The notes beneath the pieces are model-generated. The model saw nothing but the letters and a program-made list of their open reading frames with translations. It was not told the origin of the DNA and searched no databases. A program made the translations under genes and the position numbers. Shown here piece after piece: positions 10,399 through 20,820 of a stretch of 64,000 bases of DNA (position 1 is the first letter of the stretch; every line of letters starts with the position of its first letter). Location: assembly GCA_964447315.1 (NCBI GenBank), contig CAYURQ010000001.1, positions 27,351 to 91,350 on the forward strand. Direction: 5' to 3'. This stretch comes from Candidatus Woesearchaeota archaeon. Its GTDB lineage: Archaea > Nanobdellota > Nanobdellia > Pacearchaeales > GW2011-AR1.

Positions 10399-12558
10399 AT
10401 GGCTGAAAAAGTTGATTTTGTGAAATTAATGAAAAATCAAAATAGGATTAGAAATATAGCTATTGCTGCTCATATTGACCATGGTAAAACTACTTTCTCT
10501 GATAATTTGCTTGCTGGTGCTGGAATGCTTTCAGAAGAAACAGCTGGAAAGCAAAGAGCTTTAGATTTTCACGAAGATGAAGCTTCAAGAGGCATTACTA
10601 TTGATAGTGCAAGTGTTTCAATGTTGCATAATGTTGGAGGTCAGGAATATTTAATTAATTTAATTGACACTCCAGGACATGTTGATTTTGGAGGAGATGT
10701 TACAAGAGCTATGCGTGCTGTTGATGGATGTGTTATTTTAACATGTGCTGTTGAAGGAGTTATGCCTCAAACAGAAACAGTTGTGAGACAAGCTTTAAAA
10801 GAGCTGGTTAAACCAGTTTTATTTATCAATAAAGTTGATAGATTAATCAAAGAAGTTAAGTTAACTCCAGAAGAAATGCAAAAGAAGTTTATTGGAATTA
10901 TTGAACATGTTAATAGATTAATAGAGCAAATTGCACCAGAGGGATATAAAGAAAAATGGAAAGTAGGGGTTGGTGAAGGAACAGTAGCGTTTGGAAGTGC
11001 TTTTCATAACTGGGCTTTAAGTTTTGAGTACATGCAAGAAAAAGGAATTTCATTCAAAGATGTTATTGATGCTTATGAAAATGATAATTATAAGGAATTA
11101 GCTAAAAAAGCTCCTTTACATGAAGTTGTTTTAGGAATGTCTATTAAACATCACCCAGATCCAAAAACAGCTCAAAAGTATAGAATTCCAAAGATTTGGT
11201 ACGGGGATTCAGAAAGTGATATTGGAAAGGATTTGGTTAATTGTGATCCAAGCGGAGAACCTGTATTTGTTCCCACTAAAATTGTTGTTGATAAGCATGC
11301 TGGTGAAATTGCAGCAGGTAGATTATTTTCAGGAACAATTAAACAAGGAGATGAAGTGATGCTAATTCAGCATGGTACAAAAACAAGGGTTCAGCAAGTT
11401 TCTGTTTACAAAGGAGCTCAAAGAATTGTTTTAGATAGTGTTTCAGCTGGTAATATTGTTGGAATTGTTGGTTTAAGAGATATTGTTGCAGGAGAGACTG
11501 TTTCAAAAAATGAAATGGAACCTTTTGAAGCTATAACTCATTTATTTGACCCTGTTGTTACTAAATCAATTGAAGCTACAAAAGCAGCTGATTTGCCAAA
11601 ATTAATTGAAGTTTTAAGACAAGTTGGTAAAGAAGATCCTTCTATTAAAGTTCAAATTAATGATCAAACAGGTGAAAGTTTAATTTCTGGTATGGGTGAA
11701 TTACATTTAGAAATTATTGAAAATAGAATTAAAACAGAAAAAGGACTAGAAGTTAAAACTTCTCCTCCAATTATTGTTTATAGAGAAACAGTTACTAAAG
11801 AATCAAATGCTTCAGAAGGAAGAAGCCCTAATAAGCACAATATTTTTTACATGAAAGTTGAACCATTAGAAGATGAATTGTATCATGCTATTCATGAGGG
11901 AGTTTTACCTGAAGGACGTGTTAAGAAAAAAAGTCAAGCTGTTATTGATGGGCTAACAAATATGGATTGGTCAAGTGATGAAATTAGAAATGTTAAAGAT
12001 ATTTACAAAGGCAATATGTTTTTAGATGAAACTCGTGGAGAAGTTCATATTGGTGAAGTTATTGAAATGGTTATGGATGCTTTTGAAATGGTTATGGATG
12101 AAGGTCCTTTGGCAAGAGAACCATGTATGAAAATGAAAGTTACTCTTGTTGATATTAGGTTGCATGAAGATGCTATTCATAGAGGTCCTGCTCAAGTTTA
12201 TCCTGCTGTGAGAGATGCTGTTAAGCAATCAATGGCTAAAGCTGGTCCAGCTATTTTTGAACCATTACAGGTTCATGTCATTGAATGTCCTGATGAATTT
12301 ATGGGAACAATCACTAAATTAGTTGGAAGTAAGAGAGGACAAATGCTTGATATGGGGCAAGAAGGTTCATTATCACAGATTAAAGCTAAACTTCCAGTAG
12401 CTGAAATGATTGGATGGAGTAATGATTTAAGAAGTGCTACTGAAGGACGTGGGACAAGCTCAATCTTAGAACAGGAATTTGAAAGAGTTCCTCAATCATT
12501 ACAAGACGGAATTATCCAAAAGATTAGAGATAGAAAAGGTTTAGCTGAAAACCAGTAA
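10399..12558 (+). CDS. fusA: translation elongation factor 2 (aEF-2)
   Basis: 719 aa. Has the GTPase G1 (AHIDHGKTT) and G3 (DTPGHVDF) motifs and EF-2 domain IV/V signatures (e.g. the LHEDAIHRG region). Confidence 0.93.
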   Translation: MAEKVDFVKLMKNQNRIRNIAIAAHIDHGKTTFSDNLLAGAGMLSEETAGKQRALDFHEDEASRGITIDSASVSMLHNVGGQEYLINLIDTPGHVDFGGDVTRAMRAVDGCVILTCAVEGVMPQTETVVRQALKELVKPVLFINKVDRLIKEVKLTPEEMQKKFIGIIEHVNRLIEQIAPEGYKEKWKVGVGEGTVAFGSAFHNWALSFEYMQEKGISFKDVIDAYENDNYKELAKKAPLHEVVLGMSIKHHPDPKTAQKYRIPKIWYGDSESDIGKDLVNCDPSGEPVFVPTKIVVDKHAGEIAAGRLFSGTIKQGDEVMLIQHGTKTRVQQVSVYKGAQRIVLDSVSAGNIVGIVGLRDIVAGETVSKNEMEPFEAITHLFDPVVTKSIEATKAADLPKLIEVLRQVGKEDPSIKVQINDQTGESLISGMGELHLEIIENRIKTEKGLEVKTSPPIIVYRETVTKESNASEGRSPNKHNIFYMKVEPLEDELYHAIHEGVLPEGRVKKKSQAVIDGLTNMDWSSDEIRNVKDIYKGNMFLDETRGEVHIGEVIEMVMDAFEMVMDEGPLAREPCMKMKVTLVDIRLHEDAIHRGPAQVYPAVRDAVKQSMAKAGPAIFEPLQVHVIECPDEFMGTITKLVGSKRGQMLDMGQEGSLSQIKAKLPVAEMIGWSNDLRSATEGRGTSSILEQEFERVPQSLQDGIIQKIRDRKGLAENQ

Positions 12559-12587
12559 TTTCAATAAAATTCTAAAAATCAATTAAA

Positions 12588-12872
12588 ATGACTAATGAAA
12601 AATATTTAAACCATGTAACTGAAGCAAAATTAGTTGATACTTTGGAACATATTCAAGATCTTGAAGGAATCTTTTTGGATAATGGGAATCCTATTGATGG
12701 ATTTTTGTTGCTAAAGGAGTATTATGATTATATTGATTCTGGAAAAGAGGATTCTCTTTATGTCCACTTTTATGAAAGAATAAACGACATCATAAATTAT
12801 CTTTCTAGAAAAAAACATCACAGACCAAAATTATTGAGGAATTTCAATGAATATTGGAAGAAAAAAGATTAA
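12588..12872 (+). CDS. hypothetical protein (94 aa)
   Basis: First of four consecutive same-strand small ORFs between EF-2 and uppP. No motif. Confidence 0.3.
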   Translation: MTNEKYLNHVTEAKLVDTLEHIQDLEGIFLDNGNPIDGFLLLKEYYDYIDSGKEDSLYVHFYERINDIINYLSRKKHHRPKLLRNFNEYWKKKD

Positions 12873-12983
12873 TCAATCTTAGGGTCCCAATCATTATCCT
12901 CTAAAGTCTTTCACAAAGGTGGAAAAACCCAATATATAATAAATATTGATAATCTTTTTATACATCAGATTTTTTTTCTTGAT

Positions 12984-13247
12984 ATGAATGATGAAAGCAA
13001 ACTTGAAAAAGCTCTTAAAAAAATTAGTGAAAAAAGGGATTTGCTTTTAGAAGATTTTTCAAAAAAACGAGCTAGAAAATTAAGAAAAAAACTTCAAAAT
13101 TATGTTAATGATTTTAATATTCAAATGGATTTAAATGATATAAAAAAATATACTTCAGAGATATATAATCTAGAAAAATATATTGCACAAGAGACAACAA
13201 AACAACAAGCCATAAAATATTATGACAAAATGAACAATAATTCTTAA
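12984..13247 (+). CDS. hypothetical protein (87 aa), charged/coiled-coil-like
   Basis: ORF only. Confidence 0.3.
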   Translation: MNDESKLEKALKKISEKRDLLLEDFSKKRARKLRKKLQNYVNDFNIQMDLNDIKKYTSEIYNLEKYIAQETTKQQAIKYYDKMNNNS

Positions 13248-13270
13248 AAACCCATAAATTATACAATTTC

Positions 13271-13555
13271 ATGAAAAAGGAATATACTTTTAAAGAGTTA
13301 GAAGATTTTAATAAATTAGAGAATTATTTAAAAATTTTTCCTATGTTACAACAAAATTTTCTTAGAGACCCTAATGTTAAGAATGCAAGCATTTTTTCTA
13401 AAATATTAAATGAATATGAAAAAGTAGGTAGTCCTTATTTTAGTGAATTTGAAAATTCTTGGATTGACAAAATGCATGAAGGTATTAGAGATTATTTCAT
13501 GGATAAAATAAATACAAAATACTTAGGGATTTTTTGGGATGAAAGTGAATTATAA
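13271..13555 (+). CDS. hypothetical protein (94 aa)
   Basis: ORF only. Confidence 0.3.
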   Translation: MKKEYTFKELEDFNKLENYLKIFPMLQQNFLRDPNVKNASIFSKILNEYEKVGSPYFSEFENSWIDKMHEGIRDYFMDKINTKYLGIFWDESEL

Positions 13556-13590
13556 ATAAATTTTAAATACTTTAATAATAATATATTTTA

Positions 13591-13884
13591 ATGGAAGATT
13601 ATAAAGAATCTAACTTGAGGAAAGAAGTTATTAATTCTAAAAAAGCTTCTAAATTATCTGAAACAATTCATAAAAATATGCCTTCTGAAATTCGTGCTGA
13701 AGAAGCTATTAGACATTATAAAAGATATAAAAAAGCTACAAATAAATACATTAACAAAAAAATAAGATATTTGAGAAGATGTATAGCAGCAAAATATTTG
13801 CCTTGGACTGATTTATATCAAACAAGACACCCTAAACATCCAACTCCAAAAATTGAAAATGACTTAGAGTCTAAATTAGATTAA
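13591..13884 (+). CDS. hypothetical basic protein (97 aa)
   Basis: ORF only. Lys/Arg-rich. Confidence 0.3.
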   Translation: MEDYKESNLRKEVINSKKASKLSETIHKNMPSEIRAEEAIRHYKRYKKATNKYINKKIRYLRRCIAAKYLPWTDLYQTRHPKHPTPKIENDLESKLD

Positions 13885-13897
13885 TTTTTTTTAATCA

Positions 13898-14710
13898 TTA
13901 TATGAAAAAACTTGCAATCATTAACAGTGCAAAAATTAAAACAAACCATCCGAAATTAATCTTCTTTGAAAGTTTTATCAAAACATGAATTGTCAGTAAA
14001 CCAAAAATAAAACTTGTTATTAAAGATATTACTGAAAAAGCAGTAAAACTAAAGTCTGGTACGTTGAGAATTATATTTCCAAAGAAAACAATTGGAAGAC
14101 TCATTAAGAAACTCAAACGCAAGGCTGTTGTATCATTAAATTTACGGAGCATTAATGTTGAAACAGTTATTCCTGAACGTGAGAGTCCTGGTAGTGATGA
14201 AAGTCCCTGAGCAAAACCAAGCAATATTCCGTCGCTGAGTGTTAGATGTTTAATAGAACGTAATTTTGAATCATGATTTTTTTTAATTTTTAATTGCAAC
14301 AATCCTGTTATTAATAACAAGATTCCTACTGCAAGTGAAATAACTTTTCCTGTTACTGAAAATTTATCTTGATACATTCCTAGTCCTGTAATTAAAATAA
14401 ATCCAAGAATTCCTGATATTATTGTTGAGATAATTAAAAATTTTAATGTCTTTTTTGTTGGCTTATCAGACTTTTTATATTGGAATAAGGAAATAAATAA
14501 ATGTGCTACGTCTTTTCTAAAGTAAATTAATGCTGCAAAAAAAGTACCTAAGTGCAACCATAAAATATTTTGAATTATAACACTTAAGTCAGTTATTTGA
14601 AAAAAGTTTGCAAATACTAAAGCTAGAAAACCACTTGAGCTTATTGGAATCCATTCTGTGATTCCTTGAATAATTCCTACGAGAATTTGCTGCAGTATTG
14701 TTAAGTCCAT
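13898..14710 (-). CDS. uppP: undecaprenyl-diphosphatase (UppP/BacA family)
   Basis: 270 aa polytopic membrane protein. N-terminal GIIQGITEWIPISSSGF matches the UppP signature (QG..E.LPISSSGH) and a second conserved SRSG motif is present. Confidence 0.75.
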   Translation of the reverse strand: MDLTILQQILVGIIQGITEWIPISSSGFLALVFANFFQITDLSVIIQNILWLHLGTFFAALIYFRKDVAHLFISLFQYKKSDKPTKKTLKFLIISTIISGILGFILITGLGMYQDKFSVTGKVISLAVGILLLITGLLQLKIKKNHDSKLRSIKHLTLSDGILLGFAQGLSSLPGLSRSGITVSTLMLRKFNDTTALRLSFLMSLPIVFFGNIILNVPDFSFTAFSVISLITSFIFGLLTIHVLIKLSKKINFGWFVLIFALLMIASFFI

Positions 14711-14789
14711 AAATGCATTAATAAAAGAGGGATTAAATAATTATTGTCTTTAACATAATAATTATTAAATACTTGAAAAAATTAATTCA

Positions 14790-15032
14790 ATGATGAGTGA
14801 TGGAATATCAGAAGCATGGAGAGATAATGATTTATCTAAAATATATGAAAAAATAAGAAATATTGAAGATAAATTCAAGGAAAATGAATCTATTGATTTA
14901 GCTGAAGAAATTTTAAAAGAATTTGATGTTTTAAAGAGAATGAGAAGAGGATATTGGAAAACAATCAATCATAAAGCAATTGACGAGAAAATTTCTTATT
15001 ATAAAGAATATATAATTAAATATCGAATATAA
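14790..15032 (+). CDS. hypothetical small protein (80 aa)
   Basis: Preferred over the overlapping antisense ORF 14765..14968, which is low-complexity. Confidence 0.25.
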   Translation: MMSDGISEAWRDNDLSKIYEKIRNIEDKFKENESIDLAEEILKEFDVLKRMRRGYWKTINHKAIDEKISYYKEYIIKYRI

Positions 15033-15150
15033 AATAAAATAAAAATAATTATAAGACTATTTTCTAGGTTATAGAAAAGTTTATAAACTCAAATTTTTTA
15101 ACATAATCACTTAAACAAATCTAATTTAAGATTAAAAATATTAAGATAAA

Positions 15151-16437
15151 ATGGCAAAGGAAAAACCAAGCATGAATGTTGTGTTCGTTGGACACGTTGA
15201 CGCAGGAAAATCTACTTGTGTAGGTAGAATGTTTTTTGATGGTGGCGGTGTTTCAGAACAGGAAATGAAAAAACTTAAAGATGAAGCTGAAAAGCATGGT
15301 AAAGCTGGATTTGAATTTGCTTATGTAATGGATAATATTAAAGAAGAAAGAGAAAGAGGAGTTACTATTGATTTATCTTATAAGAAATTAGTTACTAATA
15401 AATTTGAAATCACAATTATTGATGCACCTGGTCACAAAGACTTTGTTAAGAATATGATTACTGGTGCTTCACAAGCTGATGCTGCTTTCTTAGTGATTGC
15501 TGCTCCTTCAGGAGTTCAACCACAAACCACTGAACATTTATGGTTATTAAGAACAATGGGTGTTAAGAACATTTCAGTTGCTATTAATAAAATGGATGCA
15601 GTTGACTATGATGAAGCTAAATTCAATAAAGTTAAAGAAGATGTTTCTACATTATTAAAACAAGTTGGAATTAACCCAGAAACTACACCTTTTTTAGCAG
15701 TTAGTGGATTAATGGGAGATAATGTTTTCAAGAAATCAGAGAAAATGCCTTGGTACAAAGGATCTACAATTCAAGAGCAAATTGATTCATTCCCAGCTCC
15801 TGAATTACCAACTAACTTACCTATGAGAATGCCTGTTCAAGATGTTTATGATATTACTGGAATTGGAACTGTTCCTGTAGGAAAGATTGAAACTGGTATT
15901 ATGAAAGTAGGACAAAAAGTTGTTGTTTTACCAGGTAGAACAGGAACTGGAATTTCTGGAGAAGTTAAAACTATTGAAGCTCACCATGAAACTTTAAAAG
16001 AAGCACCTGCTGGAGAAAATGTAGGGATTAATGTTAGAGGGGTTGGTAAAAAAGATATTACAAGAGGAGATGTTATTTGCGAAGCAAGTACACCAATACC
16101 AATTGTAGAAGAATTTATTGCTCAAATTGCAGTAATCAATCACCCAACTGTATTAGCTAAAGGATATACACCTGTATTCCATGTACACACAGCTCAGGTT
16201 CCTTGCCAATTCATTGAATTACTTGAACAAATTGATCCTAAGACTGGACAAGTTATTAAAGAAAATCCAGATTTCTTAAAGAACGGAGACGTAGCAAAAG
16301 TAAGAATTAAACCTGCTGGAAACTTATGTTTAGAAACAACTAAAGACAACCCATACATGGGAAGATTTGCAGTAAGAGATGCTGGTGCTACTGTTGCTGC
16401 TGGTATGTGCTTGGAAATTACCAAGAAAAAGAACTAA
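15151..16437 (+). CDS. tuf: translation elongation factor 1-alpha (aEF-1A)
   Basis: 428 aa. Has the GHVDAGKST, DAPGHKDF and NKMD GTPase motifs, with an EF-Tu-like domain 2/3. Confidence 0.95.
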   Translation: MAKEKPSMNVVFVGHVDAGKSTCVGRMFFDGGGVSEQEMKKLKDEAEKHGKAGFEFAYVMDNIKEERERGVTIDLSYKKLVTNKFEITIIDAPGHKDFVKNMITGASQADAAFLVIAAPSGVQPQTTEHLWLLRTMGVKNISVAINKMDAVDYDEAKFNKVKEDVSTLLKQVGINPETTPFLAVSGLMGDNVFKKSEKMPWYKGSTIQEQIDSFPAPELPTNLPMRMPVQDVYDITGIGTVPVGKIETGIMKVGQKVVVLPGRTGTGISGEVKTIEAHHETLKEAPAGENVGINVRGVGKKDITRGDVICEASTPIPIVEEFIAQIAVINHPTVLAKGYTPVFHVHTAQVPCQFIELLEQIDPKTGQVIKENPDFLKNGDVAKVRIKPAGNLCLETTKDNPYMGRFAVRDAGATVAAGMCLEITKKKN

Positions 16438-16542
16438 AATTCTTGTATTCTAGATATTACTCAAATTATTTAGTGAATGTTTTTTTCTCAATAGTAAAAA
16501 TATTGTGAAATAATTAGTTAGTTTTAAAAATAGATTATTTCT

Positions 16543-16863
16543 TTGGTTTTTATGTTTAAATTGAAACAAACACAAACTCATATTGGAAAGTTTATTTGCA
16601 AACATAGTGAAAATACAACTCCTACATGGATTCAAGAAAATGAGAAAGTTATCCCTGCTAAAAAAATGGAAGTTTATTTTATGAAAGACTCTAAAGGCAT
16701 GGATCTTATCAAAATTACTGATTTTTTAACAACAGAAGAAGATGGGATGGATTATGGCAAATTAAATGCTGCAATAGATAAATATTATGAAAGGTATGAT
16801 GGACAGAGGCTTCGTAGATGTCAGGTTTATGATAGTAATTTAGAAAAAGTTTTTTCAATGTAA
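16543..16863 (+). CDS. hypothetical protein (106 aa); not ribosomal S10
   Basis: ORF in the position where S10 is often found, but the sequence is not S10-like. Preceded by the AATAGTAAAAATATTGTGAAA motif. Confidence 0.3.
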   Translation: MVFMFKLKQTQTHIGKFICKHSENTTPTWIQENEKVIPAKKMEVYFMKDSKGMDLIKITDFLTTEEDGMDYGKLNAAIDKYYERYDGQRLRRCQVYDSNLEKVFSM

Positions 16864-16937
16864 TATCTTAAAAATAATTCTTAATAGTAAAAATATTGTG
16901 AAAAGACTTATAAACTGAATTCAATAGTAAACTTATT

Positions 16938-17324
16938 ATGAAGAAAAAAATTGAGGTAAATATTGAAAAGTATTCTGATGTTTATTTTGAAAATGTTCAA
17001 GATAGTGAATCAAGAGCTTATGAAAAAAACAAGAATATAGAAAACAATAAAGGAAAACCTTATTTTGGATATCAGATAACAATAAACTCTTCTAATCCTC
17101 AAATATTTGCTAGAAACTACATTGAAAAAATTAATGGACATTATATTTTTAAAGAAGGTGGTAATTTTAAAGAATCTAAAAATATTGATATTGCTCACAC
17201 TCTTGAAGAGGCATATAAAAAAGCATATGAACATATTTCTAAAAAACCAAAAGAAAAAATTGAAAAAATGATGGATGATTGTGGTCTTGAAAAAATAATT
17301 CATGATAAAGAATCTTATTATTAA
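16938..17324 (+). CDS. hypothetical protein (128 aa)
   Basis: ORF. Preceded by a second copy of the AATAGTAAAAATATTGTGAAA motif. Confidence 0.3.
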   Translation: MKKKIEVNIEKYSDVYFENVQDSESRAYEKNKNIENNKGKPYFGYQITINSSNPQIFARNYIEKINGHYIFKEGGNFKESKNIDIAHTLEEAYKKAYEHISKKPKEKIEKMMDDCGLEKIIHDKESYY

Positions 17325-17365
17325 ATTATAATAATCCTTATAAAGGGATATTTAGTTTTAAAAAA

Positions 17366-17656
17366 ATGGAAAACAACAATAGTAAAGAAAGTAATTTATA
17401 TGATAAGTTTAAAGTTGATTATGTTGTTAGCATTAGATCAAATGGAACAAAGGAAAAATTAAAGGAATCTGCTATTTTTGCTTGTGATAATATAAATAAA
17501 GTTTCTAATTTCATGAGAAAAATGTTGGGAGATGATTTAATTAAATTTCACATTAATAGAGTAAGTGAAAAATCATATTATAAAGGAGTTTTAAGAGATA
17601 CAAGTGGAAAAATCCCTTTTTATAGTGGGAATGAATTTGAACATTATTGCAGATAA
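17366..17656 (+). CDS. hypothetical protein (96 aa)
   Basis: ORF only. Confidence 0.3.
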   Translation: MENNNSKESNLYDKFKVDYVVSIRSNGTKEKLKESAIFACDNINKVSNFMRKMLGDDLIKFHINRVSEKSYYKGVLRDTSGKIPFYSGNEFEHYCR

Positions 17657-17688
17657 ATACTTAAAAACAATAAAATACTGTTTCAATA

Positions 17689-18243
17689 ATGTTATCTAAA
17701 GACATGTCAAAAGGGGAGATAGATAGAGAATTAGATGGAAAAGGGGATTATATTCAGATAGATTTGTTGAATAAATTTATTGAAGATAAGCCATCTATTT
17801 TAATGAAAAGATATGCTTATACTAAACTAGCTCAGATTTATCAAAGCAAAAAAATGTTTAAAGATGCTGCAAAAAATTATGAACATTTGGCTGTTTTATC
17901 TGTTGCATTTACTGACAAAGTAAAGTATTTTCTTATTGCAGCTGAATTTTATATAAAAGATGGGTCTTTTGAAGAAGCAGATTATTCAACTAAAAAAGCT
18001 ATGCAAGAAGGTAATTCTTATGAAAGTGGAGAAATTTATCATTCAATTAAACATACTTATAAAAAACAAGCCCAAGAATATGAATCTCAAGGAAAATGGA
18101 GTAAGTCAAGCCTTATTTATGAAAAATTACTTTCAATGAAAATAACTGAACAAGAAGAAAAAGATTTCAGAGCAAAACTTTTAGATATATATGAAAAACT
18201 TGGTAAATTTAAAGAGTATAAAATTTTAGATGAGAAAAAGTAA
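17689..18243 (+). CDS. hypothetical protein (184 aa), helical/TPR-like
   Basis: ORF. Helical repeat-like composition. Confidence 0.3.
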   Translation: MLSKDMSKGEIDRELDGKGDYIQIDLLNKFIEDKPSILMKRYAYTKLAQIYQSKKMFKDAAKNYEHLAVLSVAFTDKVKYFLIAAEFYIKDGSFEEADYSTKKAMQEGNSYESGEIYHSIKHTYKKQAQEYESQGKWSKSSLIYEKLLSMKITEQEEKDFRAKLLDIYEKLGKFKEYKILDEKK

Positions 18244-18514
18244 TTTAACTTCTAGTGTTATTTGGATTTAAATCTTTGGAAAATAAATTAATAAATTAAA
18301 AGAAACCTTTAAATAGGTATTTTATCTTTTTTAAGATAGTTAGAAGAATATCATTAGATTTTAATGTTTATTACTAATACACATCATATTCACATAAAGC
18401 AAAAAACCTAGATATTTTGGGAATTTTGTAAAAGAAAGTAAGTATTTTGATATTTTTCTAAGAAGTAAAATCATAAGATTTTACTGCAATTAAATATAAT
18501 AAGGAGAAACTAAA

Positions 18515-19693
18515 ATGGCTAAAGTAAGTCCAGTATCAATTAAATATATGATACATGCTAATTTCTCAGCTGAAGGTGCTTTAGAAAAACCTGATGTAAT
18601 CGGAGCTTTATTCGGACAAACAGAAGGTCTATTGGGCGCAGATTTAGAAATGCGTGAATTGCAGAAAGAAGGAAAAATTGGTAGGATTGAAGTTGAATTA
18701 GAAAGAAATGGTAAAAAAACAGTTGGAGTAATAAAAATTCCTACTGCTTTAGATCAATCTGAAACTACTTTAATTGCTGCTGCAATTGAAACTATTGAAA
18801 GAATTGGGCCTAGTGACTCTCAAATAGAAATTGAAAAGATTGAAGATGTCAGAGGAAGTAAAAGAGATTATATCTTGGAAAGAGCTAAAAAACTTATGAA
18901 AGATGTTCATGGTTCTGCTGATTCCAGAGATATTTCAAATCAGATAAAAGATTCTTCTAGAACTTCAATGATTGAAAAATACGGTAAAGAAGAACTTCCT
19001 TGTGGAAATTTATCAGGTGGAGAAGTAATAGTTGTTGAAGGCAGAGCAGATGTTGTTAACTTGTTGAAAGCAGGAGTAAATAATGTTATTGCTATGAATG
19101 GTACAAAACTTCCAGATGCTATCAAAGAATTAGGTAGGAATAAAGAGCTTACTCTTTTTGTTGATGGAGACCGTGGAGGTAAATTAATCATTCAAAATGC
19201 TACTGATAATGCAAATATTGCTTATATTGCTATTGCACCAGATGGAAAAGAAGTTGAAGAATTAACAGGAAAAGAGATTCTTATGAATTTAAGAAAAAAA
19301 GTTACTGTTAAGGAATTCTTCAGGAATGATTCAAGAAATAACTCTAGATATTCTTATCACCAAGAGAAAATATCTAAAGATGAATTAGATGAGGTTATTG
19401 AAGAAATTAAGATTGATGAAACTGAAAAAGTAAAGCTTAAAGGAATTTCAGATAAAATATCTGGAACTGGTAAAGCACTGCTTTTAGATTCAAATTTAGA
19501 AGAATACAAATCAACTTCTGCCCGAAGCATTTCAGGTTTATTGAGAAAACTTGATAAAAAACCAGTGGTAATTGTAATGGATGGAAGTGTTACATCTGGA
19601 ATAATTTCAGCTGCAGAAGAAGTAAAGTGTCAAGTTATTGTTGCAAATAATTTTAGTGCAACAAGTCCAAATATTCAGTTATTAAGTCTTTAA
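18515..19693 (+). CDS. dnaG: DnaG-type primase (archaeal DnaG, Toprim domain)
   Basis: 392 aa. Toprim signature (EGRADVVNLLKAGVNNVIAMNGT...FVDGDRGG). The N-terminal region is typical of archaeal DnaG. An AAGGAG Shine-Dalgarno-like motif lies 8 nt upstream of the ATG. Confidence 0.72.
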   Translation: MAKVSPVSIKYMIHANFSAEGALEKPDVIGALFGQTEGLLGADLEMRELQKEGKIGRIEVELERNGKKTVGVIKIPTALDQSETTLIAAAIETIERIGPSDSQIEIEKIEDVRGSKRDYILERAKKLMKDVHGSADSRDISNQIKDSSRTSMIEKYGKEELPCGNLSGGEVIVVEGRADVVNLLKAGVNNVIAMNGTKLPDAIKELGRNKELTLFVDGDRGGKLIIQNATDNANIAYIAIAPDGKEVEELTGKEILMNLRKKVTVKEFFRNDSRNNSRYSYHQEKISKDELDEVIEEIKIDETEKVKLKGISDKISGTGKALLLDSNLEEYKSTSARSISGLLRKLDKKPVVIVMDGSVTSGIISAAEEVKCQVIVANNFSATSPNIQLLSL

Positions 19694-19787
19694 TTTAAAT
19701 TAAAGGCTTAATTTTTTATTTTTTATTATTGTTATTATTTATTAGTTACAACATATAGAAAGATTTTTAAAGTAAAATTAATTGTAA

Positions 19788-20270
19788 ATGATTAAAATGA
19801 CAATTACAAAAAAAGTATTAGAGAATACATTTGACTTATATGATGAAGTTGGTAAGGATAGAAAGTTGTATCTTTATGCAGAACTAAAAGAAAATAAAGA
19901 AGTTCTTGAAAAAACAAGACAAAAGACAATTCAAAGAATTAATAATTATTTACATAATAAAGAATTAAAACCAGCTGAGAGAGATTATTTGGAAAGTTTA
20001 AAACAAGAATATTCAAAATTAAGACAAAAACCAACATTGAAAACAAAATTAATGGAATTAGATTTTGATGAAAAAATATTAGGAAAAATATGTGCTTTCT
20101 TAAATCAAAAGTATGAAACTAAATCAATAACTCCTGGAAATGTAACTTATTCATACTTAGAAAATATCAGTGAAAAAGAACTTTTAGAAACAAAAGGGTT
20201 TGGATTAAAAAGTGTTCATGAAATAAAGAATATTCTTGAAAAGCGTGGGTTTAAATTAAAGAAAGAATAA
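19788..20270 (+). CDS. hypothetical protein with C-terminal helix-hairpin-helix-like motif
   Basis: 160 aa. C-terminal LETKGFGLKSVHEIKNILEKRGF resembles an HhH nucleic-acid-binding motif. Confidence 0.35.
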   Translation: MIKMTITKKVLENTFDLYDEVGKDRKLYLYAELKENKEVLEKTRQKTIQRINNYLHNKELKPAERDYLESLKQEYSKLRQKPTLKTKLMELDFDEKILGKICAFLNQKYETKSITPGNVTYSYLENISEKELLETKGFGLKSVHEIKNILEKRGFKLKKE

Positions 20271-20271
20271 A

Positions 20272-20820
20272 ATGGTAAAATCAGACAGGAATTATAGTTT
20301 AACTAATGCAAGAAAAACCCTAGGTTTAACTCAGGCACAATTATCTAGTAGATTAGGAATAAAACCAGAAGTATATAACACTTATGAAACTGGGAGTTAT
20401 ATTCCTTCATTAGATACTCAAGTTAGAATAAGTAATTACTTTGTTGATAATGGAGTTCCAGTTATTGAAAGTGATTTGTTTCCTGAAAAAGAAAGAAGCT
20501 TTGAAAAAGAAAAATTCTATGATAAATTTTTTGATGAAAATCTTGCTTTAGATTTTGAAAACAAAGATCATTTTGATAGTTGTCTTGAAAGAATATTAAC
20601 TCCAAGAGCAGGTGTTAAACCCAGGCAAATAGATATTTTAAAAAGATTTTATGGTATTGGTTGTAATCCAGAATCTGTAGAAGAGATTGCAAAAACAGCA
20701 GGAAAAAATGGGCAGAGCATGAGTAAAGCAAGGGTTTACCAAATGATGCAATCTGCAGTTAATAAAATAAGGAGAGATGTTCTCACTGATAAAAAAAAGC
20801 ATTATTTAATTGAGTTTTAA
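20272..20820 (+). CDS. DNA-binding protein: N-terminal XRE-type HTH plus C-terminal sigma-70 region-4-like HTH
   Basis: 182 aa. N-terminal LGLTQAQLSSRLGIKPEVYNTYETG is an XRE HTH. The C-terminal segment (ILKRFYGIGCNPESVEEIAKTAGKNGQSMSKARVYQMMQSAVNKIRR) follows the sigma-70 region-4 / LuxR-type HTH pattern. Confidence 0.45.
   Translation: MVKSDRNYSLTNARKTLGLTQAQLSSRLGIKPEVYNTYETGSYIPSLDTQVRISNYFVDNGVPVIESDLFPEKERSFEKEKFYDKFFDENLALDFENKDHFDSCLERILTPRAGVKPRQIDILKRFYGIGCNPESVEEIAKTAGKNGQSMSKARVYQMMQSAVNKIRRDVLTDKKKHYLIEF

Noticed and set aside
17010-17303. Phe-rich 97-aa minus-strand ORF
   Set aside because: Low-complexity antisense translation of the A-rich plus-strand gene 16938..17324.
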